NCBI RefSeq assembly: GCF_025526975.1
Contig: NW_026515669.1
Location: 558,001 to 622,000, forward strand
Source: Fimicolochytrium jonesii
Taxonomy: Eukaryota
Direction: 5' to 3'
Length of the DNA: 64,000 nt
This document shows positions 24,677-37,700 of this stretch, one piece after another. Within the stretch, counting starts at the first letter, position 1; each line of letters begins with the position of its first letter. A program made the translations under genes and the position numbers. Under the pieces are notes generated by a model. The model worked only from the letters and a program-made list of their open reading frames with translations, had not been told where the DNA came from and searched no databases.

Positions 24677-27407
24677 ATGCACTCGCCAAAGGCTCTACAC
24701 TCGATCGTCACGCAGGTCGTGGACGTCAAAGGAATTCCAGCCAAGGGCGATGCATTAGGCAGCCCCACCGTGATTTCTCCCTTGCCCCAATACAGCGAGG
24801 TTGCAAGTCCATTAGGGCATCGAGACCTTGACTTCTCCCGCTTGACGTTCGGGGAGATGGAACAGCTGTACGATGGTGAGACTCGAAACGCATGCCCGTG
24901 CATATGCACCTATACGTTGTGTGTCTCATCCCTTTTTCTCGTCCTCTCATATCCACAGAAAAGCTCGCAGACATCGCCAAACCGGTCTCACTCTACGAAA
25001 CAAAATCCCTGGCAGCCACTTCAGTCCTCCCCTCAGGTCTGACCTGGTCCTCCCATCCAACCTCTTTCACTGTCCGCATCACCTCTCTCTCCCTCGCCAA
25101 ACCTCGGCAAGCGAACAACAATAACATCCATTTCCGGTTCGCGTTCCATCATGAAAAGAAGAAGTCTGCAGCTGCAAAGTACCCGGATGGCTTCGTAGGA
25201 GCGGAGTGGGAATTTGAGTGTAGCTACCATACACTGGTGTTTGATGCGTTGAAGGTGGATGTGTGGGAGAGTGGAGGCGGGATCTTTGGTGCGGAGAGGT
25301 GTTTAGGGAGGTGCTTTGTCAAGATGGCGAAGTTGGAGGAGGTTACGGGGAGGGTCCATGGGTGAGTTATGCACACCACACGAGTTTGGAAGATTCTTAG
25401 CAGTATGCGTTGACTAATTGAATGAACTCACTTCTAGAATATACGAATTGCAACAACGGAACGCACAATCCAGCCGCAAGGGGTCCGCCAAAGGACAGGA
25501 CATTGGCACGATCGGCATTGAACTCCGTTTCAAGGGCGAGTCGGCAGGCGGCGACGACGACCACACCACCCTCAGCCGTTTTCCTACGACACCTGAGGGA
25601 TACGACACCCTTCCACAGGATTCTGCCCACGGTGCCCTCGTCGACAAATGGATCGGGCACTCCCAGCAGGAGGAAGAGGAGGAGTACATGGACTCCTTCC
25701 GCGAAGCCCATGTCCAGGAGAGGAAGCTGCCCACGGGCCCCGAAACCAAGACATTCGCTGGCCGAGCGCGGTCGATTATCAGCATGCGAAGCACAATCAC
25801 AGCCATCACCACCATGACAACAACCAGCACAAACACAACGGCTTCATCGAATAAGCGCCCTGAAAGTACGATGGCGGGCATGAAGGAGGCGTCGCAGCTG
25901 GCTTCGGCGTTGTTCGGCACCGGGTGGAGGTTGAACAAGTTGGAGATTGCGAGGGCGTGGTTGTTCTTGGGGAAGTATCATCGGGAGCGTTGTCCCAAGT
26001 AAGTTCATTTTACGGTTTAGCATTTCGTCCTCCATTTTTCGTCACCAGAGGCAATACTGAATGTATCACAATTTCCTCGCAGCCCAACGACGAACAATGT
26101 TGTAACCGCCCACCGCCAAATCCGGGTCGCCTGCTACTTCCTCAACTACGCCATGGCGGCCTACGGCAGTCTCATGCTCAACTTCTACGGCCGTGGCAAA
26201 GGCTACATCCGCGACACGCTCCGCCCGAAAATGGACTCGAAGTCCGCGCGAGAGCTTTTGGGCCTGAGGAAGGAGGATTTGCTGGTTTGGGACTTTGAGA
26301 CGGAGCTGTTCAAGCCGCAGTTTTTCATTGCGAGGGATCCGAAGTTGAATGCGCTTGTTGTTACTGTTCGGGGGTCTTTGGTTTGTGTCGGCAACTGACT
26401 GCGGGAGGTACATCAACGAAGGAAGATCTTTTTTTCTGACTTCCGTCCCCTCTCCCCCTCAACAGAATATCAACGAGCTAATAGTCGACGTGTGCGGTGA
26501 CTACACCTCCTTCTCACACGGCTACGCACACAAAGGCATGCTCCGCTGCGCCGAGTACCTCGAACGTAACTACCTCGCCCGTCTCAAAACCTGGGTGCAG
26601 CAATACCGCTGCTCCGCCATCTACGTCGTCGGCCACTCCATGGGCGGCGGGGTCGCATCCCTCTTCGCCATGATCCTCGCCTCCCACTCGGCTGAACTCA
26701 CCGAGTTGAGTGGGAACTCACGGTTTAGAGTGAAGGGGTACTGTTTTGGCACGCCGGGGTTGGTGAACCCGGAGTTGAGCAGGGATTTTGAGGAGGTTTT
26801 GGAGACGTACGTGTTAGAGAACGATTTGATGGCGAGGTTGTCGTATGGGAGTGTGTGCGATTTTAGAGCGATGGTGGGGAAAGTGGCGGAGGTGAGGGGA
26901 ATGAAGAAATTGAGTACGCAGGTAGGTCGTGCCTGCGTGATGTATTTCGTGCATTCGCATATACACAACCGCTTGCTGACTCTCGACATCTCAGAACCGC
27001 ATGCGCCTCCTCTCCAACTACCACCATCAACTACGTGAAAGCGCCGAGAACCCCAAACTCCTCATTCCCGGCAAAGTCTTCTACATCTACCCCACTCCAC
27101 CCAAACCGTCATCGAAATCCTCAAAACCGCAACCGTTAACAACCGGAAACCCCCTCATCGACGACCCGGCCCCTCACTACCTCGTCGAACGCACGGAACC
27201 GGAATATTTTTGTGATTTCATGTGGAAGGAGGAGTGTGTGGTGCAGCATCAGCCGCAGCGGTATTGGAAGGCCTTGAGGGCGGTGAGTTTCCCTTTTTTC
27301 TGAGCGTCTGCACGGATTTGGGTATTGACTTTTGGGATTCTCTTTTCTTGCAGGCCCATGATTATCTGCGGGAACATGAGAAGAATATCGCCAAGCTCAA
27401 TTATTAA
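24677..27407 (+). CDS. C2-like domain + class 3 lipase (DAG-lipase-like)
   Basis: C2-like LKVDVWESGG...RCLGRCFVKM; lipase motifs LVVTVRGS, YAHKGM, VVGHSMGGGVASL, YCFGTP, NDLMARLS, LLIPGKVFYI. Start codon tentative. Confidence 0.85.
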
Positions 27408-28822
27408 GCTTTTGTTCCATCGGACTACCAAGTTTCCCATGGCCCATCTGTGACATCCAGACCCGAGTTCTCTTACACAGTCAATTTCACCGGACATACA
27501 AATCTCTTCTTTCACGCATGATAGGGCGCATGAGAACATGCCCTACATAGCCACTAATCTTGTACATTTTCAGCTTTTTGTTTAATCCCCTTTCTGTTAT
27601 ACCCCGAGCCAGTGCTCATGATCGTTTTTTCATCAGGATGTAACCTGCCATATAGTTTAGACATGGGGCCTGGCGCCCCTCTTCTTAGGCTTAGTCGTTT
27701 TTTTTTGCATATTTTCGGCGTAATGCATGACTTTGTTGGTGCCCCGTAATTGACGTCCATGGACCTCATCGAACAAGGACGGTTGCATCAAGGGAGAAAT
27801 GTACGTATTGATCAGGGGTATTTGACAAGCGATGTTGGGAAGCAGTCATTCATCATGCACCAATTTGAGAATGTTCGAATGGGAAGCAGCTTACGTGAAT
27901 AATAATGGCAGCCAATCAAATGAATCGCGAACGCGTTGCGGCTGCCTCTGGAGTCGTCTGGATGGAATGTGGGATACCCGGAGCTTATGTTTCAAACGAG
28001 AAGACGGGTGGATCCCAGCAGGGCAATAACCGTTTTGCCAAGTCAAACGCGCGGAATGGGCGGCACAGCAAGCGCAAAGTCGCAAAACATTTAGAACCTC
28101 TTAATCAATCGGGACAAGAAAGGCACTTCCCAAACTGATGAAACCTGCGCCGCTTGGGTCGTTCCTGATCTCTCCGACGTTTTCTGCTCACCCTTTTCCT
28201 TCATATCCGCAACAGACTGCCGCTTTTCCCACGCAAAGAAATCTTACCAACAAACCCTTCTCATACCCAGTATCTTGTCCTATGTCTTACCCCATTTGCT
28301 TCAACTCAAACGACAAGCACACCGTCATCAACAACCGCAAGAGCCGGTTGTCTGTCCTTCTGGTCTTCGATAGGCAAAAAACATCCGTTCTCTAAAGACC
28401 TGTGGAGTTGATTCCTTTCCCTTTACGCGCGCTCAACGGACTCGAACGTCAACGTCAATTCCACCTGCCTTCAATACCACCTCGGCTTACTATACTGGGC
28501 CTCGTCGTCTCGAAGTAAAGTGTCGTCGCGCGCGCCGGTTGCGTGTCGACTTCATTTCGTGTGCATTCATTGTTTTGGGAAAGCGGGAATTCGCCGCTCT
28601 TTCTTCGCTCAGTTACTCCGAGTCTCACGGCTATACCAGCTTCGGACGCAGTGAAGGGGTTTTTTAGCTACTGGCAAGCGAAAGGAAATATCGCTTGCGA
28701 AACACGACCTACGAGCTTTGCATATACCTGATTGTTCAGACTCCGAAGGTACGAGAGAACTGTCCGACCTAATGTCTCCAACCTCGTCACTCACTTTTTG
28801 TCGCAACTTTGAACTTTTAGTC

Positions 28823-31239
28823 ATGACGACAGTCACCAATTCTGTCGGAAGCACCAGTATATTAACGGACGCGGCCCCATCCATGGCCCCTTCCCCTTCA
28901 AACGGCGCGAAAACTGCGTCGAGACCCGCTTCTCCTGCTGTAGGGAAACCACCGGTCGCGCCTGTCGTGGGAAATGGCTCTTCCCAGGTGACCGGCGGTA
29001 TTGCTGCTCCGTTCAGGCCAGCAAGCGAGAAAGGGTAAGCATCATCATCTCCGGAAGAATGACTGCTTCAGCCCACGTTTCTGACGATGCCTCGCCCACT
29101 TGGTTGAAAAAGATCGTCCCCGTGCAGTACGCCACCCATGCGTCGTAACATTTTGTATCGCATCTTCCACTTGGATTCCGACGCGGAGTTCTTTGCAAAC
29201 TCGCGCCGACCTGGAAGCGCCGGTGAGGCAGATTCGGAGGCGTCTGAAGATGACTCGCATCATGGCAGTTTAGATCGCGTGTTTGGGCGTCACAACAAGT
29301 CAGCCGAGTCCTCGCGCAAGGGTACACCTGGGCTTCCAAGGCGAGGCATCACGGTCCACGGATGTACCCCCGGCTCGTCTGCTTCTGATGACGGAAGCAG
29401 TTCGGACGCTGACGGTCATCATGCTCCCATCGCCCCCGTCCCGAAGCGCACCCCGTCTCGTTCCAATCTCGCGGACTGGTTCCATCTTCCACGGGATGCC
29501 AATCATGGCTCTTCGGATGATGGCAGTGGCTCCGATCCTGACCGTCCGGGTGTTCCCAAGCGCTCTGCCTCTCGATCCAGTATGCTCTCCGAATGGCTTC
29601 ACGTCGGCCGCAAGAACAAAAGCGAGTCGGCGCCCACTAGCCCATGCATCACACCCGAAAAGGGCGTCGTTCCGAAAGAGGAAGCCTTACTGGCAAGTAC
29701 TAAGGATGTGGACATCGAGTCCCGAATCGGCCAGTCCCACAACCTGTTCAAGGACATCATCATGCATGCTAAGAACAAGAAGCAGCACGCCGGTGCGGGC
29801 AAGGCTGCCGAAGCTTACCCCCACCTTGTGGCCGGCGCTTCAGGTGCTGTCGTCGCGGAAAAGCCCACGGCTGTGCCTATGACCAGGTCGCTGTCTGAGA
29901 ACTCGCTGGCGAAGTATGGTCAGAAGCATGAGGTTCTGGGAAGAGGCGCTAATGCCGTCGTGAGACTTTGTTGTCCGGCGAATGGCGGGTCTAAAAAGCT
30001 CGCTGTCAAGGAGTTCCGAAAGCGGCGGAAGAACGAGACGCAGGTACGGGCCGCTGTTCCCTTGTGTTGTTCGTTGAGTTGGAGCAAGGACTGACTACTG
30101 ACTTTCATTTGCATTGACATTCACAGAAAGAGTACATCAAAAAGCTCATTGCGGAATTCTGCATCAGTTCTACCCTTCACCACGAGAACGTCGTATCAAC
30201 AGTAGACCTGATCCAGGATGAGGTATTATAGCAAGACTTATTGGGCATGCTTTGTACATCGTACTGACGCAGCTTCGTCCGCTTAGAAACATCACTGGTG
30301 TGTCGTTATGGAGTACTGTGCCGGAGGAGATCTTTTCGGCAGGATTCACTGCGGAACACTGAAGGAATCGGGTGAAGTCAACTGGTGAGTTGGCCGTCCT
30401 GTTTGCAGATTGTTCGAAGTTATGTGCTGACGCACGTTGTCTGGTCATTTGCAGCTACCTGAAGCAACTGGTTCAGGGAGTGCAGTATCTTCACTCGATG
30501 GGCGTTGCTCACCGTGATCTCAAGCCAGGTATGTCTTACCTTCCAGCTGAACGTGTCCCACTCGGCATGTACTCAACGGTCTCCGAAAACAGAAAACCTT
30601 CTCCTCGACAAAGCTGGCAAGATCCTCAAAATCACCGACTTTGGGGTCTCGGAAGTCTTTCGCAACCCCTTCTGCACTCTGGCGCGAAAAGCCAAGGGTC
30701 TCTGCGGCTCCGGACCTTACATCGCCCCTGAAGAGTTTGAGAGTGGGGAGTATGATTCCGAGAAGGTCGACGTGTGGTCTGTCGGTATCATCTAGTGAGT
30801 ATTCTGCCACGAAACCTCTGTTGAGCAGTGGCTACCATGTATTGACCGGTGGTTTTCTTGTTTTCAGTTACGTGATGGTGTACAACTCCATCCCTTGGAA
30901 GGCCGCGACCATGAGCGATGCTCGTTACAAACACTTCGTAGAACACAAGGGTCAGTTTTGGCCATTCGATCGGATGCAGGCCGGTCCCAGGCGTTTGATG
31001 GTATGTGTGGGCTCCTTTGCAGATTGTCTTCTTTCTGTGTCGTGCATCATGGAGCTCATCGGGTACTTCTTCGTATATCTCTACAGTACCGCATCCTGGA
31101 CCCCAACCCAGCGACGCGCATCACCATCAAGGAAATCGAAGAAGACGAATGGTTCAAATCCCTGAGCGTATGTCACGAGGACACCACCTCGGAGATGGCC
31201 GGACATCAGCATGTGGGCAACCCCAAACCGTTCAAATAA
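28823..31239 (+). CDS. Ser/Thr protein kinase, fungal HAL/Npr/Hrk-type
   Basis: [72 protein letters not shown]. Intron 29035-29127 links the N-terminal exon in frame. Confidence 0.93.
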
Positions 31240-32032
31240 CATATCCACAATATCCACATCGCCCGTTTCCGCGACCACTTCGGCACGCATCACCGCTGCA
31301 ATGGACATTACCTCCGTCTCTAATTCTGCACGGTGGCTGCCGTCGTGTTTATAACCGCCTCATCAACAGACACTCGATCCGTACACGCGCAACGAACAAA
31401 TATGACAAACGTCCGTGCGTACTGTAGATTTCCCTCTCTGGCCAGGACAGAGCGCGGATGTTCATTGGCCTCCTGTTTGTCGTAATGCCTCTCGCCGCCC
31501 CTTCCTTTCCGTTACATATTACTGTAGATAGATGAAAGATATATGGGGGTTTTCTTTGTTTATTGTATGCTATTTGGTTCCACTGTTCATTGCTTAAGGT
31601 TTTGTCATTGATGCTTGCTGGGCCCTGGCGGACTGATTTGGGGCACTTAGCCTCATTGTCCAAAGCCTCCTCCTCCTCGTATACATGTGCAGACACCCTT
31701 TTGATTTTCACTCTCCTCTACTCAGATCATCAGCCTCATGTTTTGGCTCATTCACTATGTGCAAAACTCTCCCAGGAAGAGGCCTTCGGACATGTCTGGA
31801 AAGCATGCAAAATCCATCGCCGTCATGGCGGAGGCTTCTGAACGCGACTTGTATGAAAGCGATATGCGGGCGCGCCGATAAACATTCGCGACTTTTTTCC
31901 AGGCCATCTCCGTCGGTCCAAACACACTTGTGGCTTGCCAAACGAAGGACGAAAACAACATAACCCTCAGCTCACCACGAACTCGTTCAGTAACCAACCT
32001 CCGCTCTTCATACTCCACGAAACTCCCCCAAG

Positions 32033-33450
32033 ATGCCCCTATTCGACCCAGTCTACATCTCCCAGGATGTCCAGGCCCAGCTCAAAGAGGGCTTCATCGT
32101 GAGGCCGTTGGAGGCCTCTGACTACGAGAAGGGTATGTGTGGGTGGCATATGACTCGGGCTCTTTATCCTGTTTGTTCCCCATGTTGAGAGTTGCGGTAT
32201 TTACGACACCTTTTGCAACGCACGCTTGTGTAACCTAGGTTTCTTGGACGCTTTATCGCAGTTGACGACGGTGGGGAAGATGAGCAAGGGGCAGTTTATG
32301 GGTATGTGGTCCTTTTGAGCAGGCGTGGCGATGATGGGAGAGATGAGAGGGGACGGGGCTTTTCTGTGGCATCACGGAACATGGTCATAATCGGTACATC
32401 TACCGTTTTGTAACGCAGAGCGCTACTCGTATTTGAAGGCGCACAACCACGAGTAAGTACTACTATGAAGCGGAGATCGCCATGCAACTGGAGCCTAGAT
32501 TCCTTTTGTTCCGTTGTTCGCTGAGGCGTGTGACTGATGCTGTATCTTGTCCAGATACTTCACGATCGTCATCGAAGACACAAAGAAGCAGCTGATTGTC
32601 GGCGCGGGCACGATACTGGTTGAGCGCAAGTTTGTGCACATGAACGGGCTTGTCGGTCATATCGAAGGTGTGTATCCATCGCGGGATGTTTATCTCTAAA
32701 GTTTATGCGATAGATAGGATGTGATGATATGCACCGAGAGGGAGGGCCAGGACACCAGGAGTAGTGATTGTAGTTTCAATGACATCTTTTCCACCCTCGG
32801 TTTCCAGATATTGTCACCCGCTCTGATTACCGGGGCTTGAACCTCGGCAAGCTGTGAGTACGCTGCTTTCGCGAATCGAATCATCATGAATGGACGATGG
32901 CGCACGCGAGTGACCGACACAGCGGATCTGACGAACTGGGGCTATGCTTCTCATTTGACAGTGTGATTGAGACGCTCAAGCATATTGGAAAGATGACCGG
33001 CTGCTATAAGAGTAGGTTCTCGTTCACCGTTCCGGTTATGCTGTCTCAACAGGTGACTAACCTGCTCACTCTCACTTACTCAGTTATCTGTAAGTGCTTT
33101 GCGTCGAGTGACGGAGAACGGCACCTGGCCTCGCAACGGTCGGCCGCGTTGCTTGAGGCAGGAGAACTGGGAGATCCCGAACTCACGGCTTTATGTTTGC
33201 AGTGGACTGCAACGACAAGAACATTCCGTTCTACCAAAAATGTGGATTTGCGCATAAGGTACTTGTCTCCTTTGCATTGCGGTAGGGTTTGCGAAAGATT
33301 TTCGGTCATGTACCTAACCGCCCGCTTCCTCCTTCCACAACCGCCACCCCCCCTAACCCCAAAACTACCAACACGAAACAACAGGAATTCGAAATGGTTC
33401 TCTACATTGATGAAAACGACCCGGTAAAGACCCCCAAAGCCAAATTATAA
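32033..33450 (+). CDS. GNA1: Glucosamine-6-phosphate N-acetyltransferase (isoform ending -AKL)
   Basis: Nine exons give VRPLEASDYEKGFLDALSQLT, LVERKFVHMNGLVGHIEDIVT..YRGLNLGK, GCYK-IILDC-NDKNIPFYQKCGF, EMVLY. Includes a 6-nt microexon at 33084-33089. Confidence 0.93.
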
Positions 33451-33582
33451 GCAGCCACATGGGGGAAAAGCAACTAGCTGGGGTGTGATGCTGGCGACCC
33501 AAAGGTTGTTTTTGCGCTGTCCGTCAGAGTATAGCTTCGGTTGACCCCCTTTTTCTGATTCTCTTTTTTTACCTACCGGCAG

Positions 33583-33678
33583 CTCAAGGCGGCGGATTCG
33601 ACAGAGTCGCCGACGACAACGACGACGATGCCAGCGGATCCTGCGGCCGCGGCGCCTCCTGCCGGCACAACCTCATGA
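33583..33678 (+). CDS. Putative alternative last exon of GNA1 (non-PTS1 isoform)
   Basis: Donor CCG|GTAAAG at 33424; CTGAT branch, pyrimidine tract and CAG at 33582; in-frame LKAADSTESPTTTTTMPADPAAAAPPAGTTS*. Confidence 0.55.
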   Translation, partial: LKAADSTESPTTTTTMPADPAAAAPPAGTTS

Positions 33679-34714
33679 TTTGCGCGCGCTTTGAGCGTTT
33701 AGGTCCTTTCACCCACCCCACCTACCTTGCATTCCCCGCTACCGCATGTTCTCTGACACCATCTTCTTGGACTCAAACACCGTCATAAATCGTTACACGC
33801 ACAAAACAAAGTATAGCATAAACCATAGCGAGTTTTTTTTTCATACAGGAAATCTTGGTAGAACAATTGGAGGCGCTTTACATACAGTATGTGTTTGGGG
33901 ATGTATTCGAAAAACACTCGAGACATGAAGGTAAAGAGGGATGGGGGTATAACAATCGACAAGGGAGAGATCATGATTCCGTCCAGCTGGGAACATGTGG
34001 GGCTTGCACTTCCACCAAACCTGGGGCCGCCTCAAACAGAGACATTTCGTTGTTCTTGTTTGAGAGCTGCGAGGGGTAACGAAAAAGAACGACAGCGGAA
34101 TGTGCGGGTGATTACAAAGGCTCGAACTGGCGGTGGGTATCCCTTTCTTGCGGGAGTAACATGTCGCGCGCGGACGGCAGAAGAAGGGGCTACGGTTCCG
34201 GCCAGGGTTGCGAGAAACACCTCCAATGTGTGGGTGGGTGTATGGGTACGCGCGGCGTACATCGAGGATTCGCAGGCGAGTTCTGATTGATGTGGCGAAC
34301 ACAGCGGATAGGCGACGGTCCCCGTACGTGGGTGAGCGTTTTCGAAATCAAAATCGATAAAAATGCATTGTTGATGTAGATCGAAACAAGGGAGGGATGC
34401 TTGCACAAGGAAAAGCTTATCCATGCGGGAGAGCCATCCGATGGCATTGCAAGTGCTGGCAGTGATTTCAGAGTATCTACCTTATTGCCAGGTATCCAAA
34501 GGTCGGCACGTGCGTGGGGAATGGAGGGAGGCATGCGGTGGTCGCTATCGCGGTCCGGAAAGGCGGTATGGTGCGGGTATGTGGAAAAAAGAGAGAAGGC
34601 ATACGTTGTTTGCTTGGCAAGACCGAAAAGAAAGAAGGAGGAACACAGGCTAATGAATCGTTTCACGAAGGACAATGCTGAGGGTAGAAAGATCATGTTG
34701 GCGATCGTTCGCAT

Positions 34715-37700
34715 TTAGGCGGTTGAGCTCTCGGATCCCGCCGCCGCGGGGTCGAGTTCAGCCGACATGCTGGTGGAGATAGTAGCGGATGGCTCGGCGG
34801 CCACCTCGGCGGAATCGACGGAAGCCTCGGCGGCGTGGTGAGCGGATGCCTCTGCGGACTCGTTAATAGACCCGTTGGCGGAGCCATCAGGAGTAGCGTC
34901 CAACTCGGCGGCAGGCACCTGAGTGTTCTCCAGCGCGTCAGAAACAGCAGCAGACTCGGGCGCCGCTACAGCCGCCACCTTCGGCAAAACATCCTCAGGC
35001 GGGTCAAGCTGCTGCTGCACAGTGGAGTCAACATGCTTTTCAATACTGACGGCGTTGATAGCAACTTTCAAATCGTCCAGTGAGACGACTTCCTCGTCTT
35101 CCGCAGGCGAGCTGATGAGCGGTCCAGGGTCACTCTCCTGAATCTCCACGGCAGCGGTTGCCCTGGAAACTGACTGCTCAATGATGGGGTCCAATTCAAT
35201 AGACGGTGCTGATGCGGCAGGTTGCGTTTCAAGGCTGTCGCCGTCGGTGGTAGTGGCCGGGGTAACCGGTCGTGACCCGTGATGAGCGTCGAGGGCGCTG
35301 TCGATGAGGCGGTCGATGGCTTCAGCAACCGTGCGACCTCCGTCGTCTTCGAGAGAATGCTCTTCAGCGCTAGGTGAGATGATGGGCAGGTCCCAACCAG
35401 GTTCCTGCTTGATGCCGTTTTCGCCAGGAGTGGCAATGGGCTGGTCCCACCCAGATTCCTCCTTGACGACGTCTTCGCCAGGCAAGGGGATGGGCTGCTC
35501 CCTCCCACTTTCCATTTTGATGGGAACGTCGGGCTGTTGCTCCACTTTGATGCCGTCGTCGCGTTGTTGTAGCCAGCTACTCTCTCCATCTTCATCTTTG
35601 CTGTTACCAGAACCGCTGTTTTCCGTCTTGCGATTGCCAGTAGGTGCGTAAAACGCAACGAGCTTGTTCATTCCCTCCAATTTGACGCTCTGGCACTTCG
35701 TGATAGCTTGCGCAGCGCCTTCTCCACGCACGAACTCCATCAGGGCAGATGCACTAGTAGCGCCATCGGCAGGTCTCACAATCTCCACCTTCTGTATCTC
35801 GCCGCAAGACTCCAAAGCGTCATGGAGCATCTTTTCAGTGAGATCGGCAGGGAGATCCGTTAGCTGTACCTTGCGTTGGCGGGGGAACACGGCACCCAGA
35901 GCACGGGCAGCAACAGCCCTCGCCGCAGCCTCTGGATTGTCAAACACGACCAAAGCGCTCCGATGCTCGTCATCAGGTCCCTGAGGCTTCAACACGGCAT
36001 GGTCCTTGACCTTCCCAAACCCAGTAAACTGATGCACCATCTGCTCGGGCGTCATCCACATGCTGGCAATGTAGATAGCTTGACGGTCGGGGCGTTCAAG
36101 CTTCTGTCGCGAGCTCCTCGCAACGGAAGCAAAGCTCCCGCGGCGGCCTGTGTCTCTGATAGGCGTCGAGGCCGCGTCCATGCGGTGGGCATAGTCGACG
36201 CGCAGGGGCTCGGCCATCCCAAAGACCTTCCTGGCGCGGATGTGTTCGAAGGCCGCTCGTGCTGCCTTTTCGGTATTGAACGAGACGAACGCGTATGCCC
36301 TCTTCTCGCGGGCGCGATTCACAATGTTCAAGCGTGTGATGGAGCCAAAGGACGCAAACATCTCATCCAGATCAACCTGTGAAGAACATTGGGTTAATTC
36401 CCAGCTTCGCCTCCCCTTATATTCCATGTTCTTTCTGCAGCCCCTTACCTTTTCAACAGTGCGCGGCAAATTAGCGAGATGCAAGCTTTTCATGTCAAGG
36501 TCCGGATTAGACGCGGTAGCGCCACCTGCGGTATTAGGAGCCGGTCGGCCACCCCTACCCAAGCTTCCAGTTGAGTAAGCCGGGATGCGGAAATCAGTGT
36601 CATCAGCGGCACTGGCATCGAAACGAAGATCCAACTCCAGCGGGGTAGTCATATCAAAGAGCGTTTTTTTGCTCAACGCTTTCAGGGCTCGTTCTGCGCA
36701 CCCAGTCTCTTCGTAGTCGACGAAAGCATACATGTCATGTTCAGATTTAGGGTTGACAATACCAACTGAAGAACATTGGCAAATTAGTCAGCCGGAAAAC
36801 GTGGAAATATGAGGAACTGCGGATAATACAAACCATTGACAATATCACCAAACTCGGTAAATACTTGGATAAGCTCCCTTACGCGAACGCTTTTCGGAAA
36901 GCCGTAAATCAGGAGACCCGTAGCTTTGCTGGCGTCGGCAAGTTTTCCTCCTCTGCGAGACCTCCTTCGCTTCTGTAAAGTGGATGAGTGAGGATGAGTA
37001 CCATCTTGCATTGATGATGCGGCGTCTAGATTTGCAAAGTCCTTACGGCCGATCTGTCCTGGGAGGCTGCGGGAACGGAGCCACTGGAGGAAGCTTTTTC
37101 TGGAGATTTCGGGAGTGGAGATGAGCCGCCCAGCGATTTGTTCACATCTTCGAGTTGGCGCGTGAAAAGCCTGCTTGGAGTCTTAGGAGGACCCTTGCGA
37201 GCATTATCATAACGCTGTCCGTCGTCATTTCGTGGGTGAGATGGCGAATCTCTGAAAGGTGACCCCTTCAGAGACGCGAATGAGTGACGACTTCCTGGAT
37301 CGCGATCGTTCCTGGACGGGCGGTCCAAAGTCCCGCGGCGCTGACGCGGCGGTTTAGCGTCGGAAGGAGTTCTCGTTTCGTTAGTGTCCGGGAAGCCGTA
37401 GCGCAAGCCGTCCATGTCTTCATCGGGACGGGTGCGGATGCGATCGGCGAGGGTGAACTCGGATCTAGCTTTGCGCATCTCGTGGAAGCGGCCTCCGTCA
37501 GGGCGAGATGGAGAAGCGGCGTTCACATCCCATCCCAAATCCAGGCTGTGAGGTCCCAGATCATGCGGCATCAGATCCATGTTGCGATCCGGTGGTTGAG
37601 ACATGAGTTCGCTGAGATTGATAACAGACTCGACGGCGGGAGCGGCATGCGGAGATGCAGAAGCGCCTAACAGTTCCTCGTGGAAGGATCGCTGTCTTTG

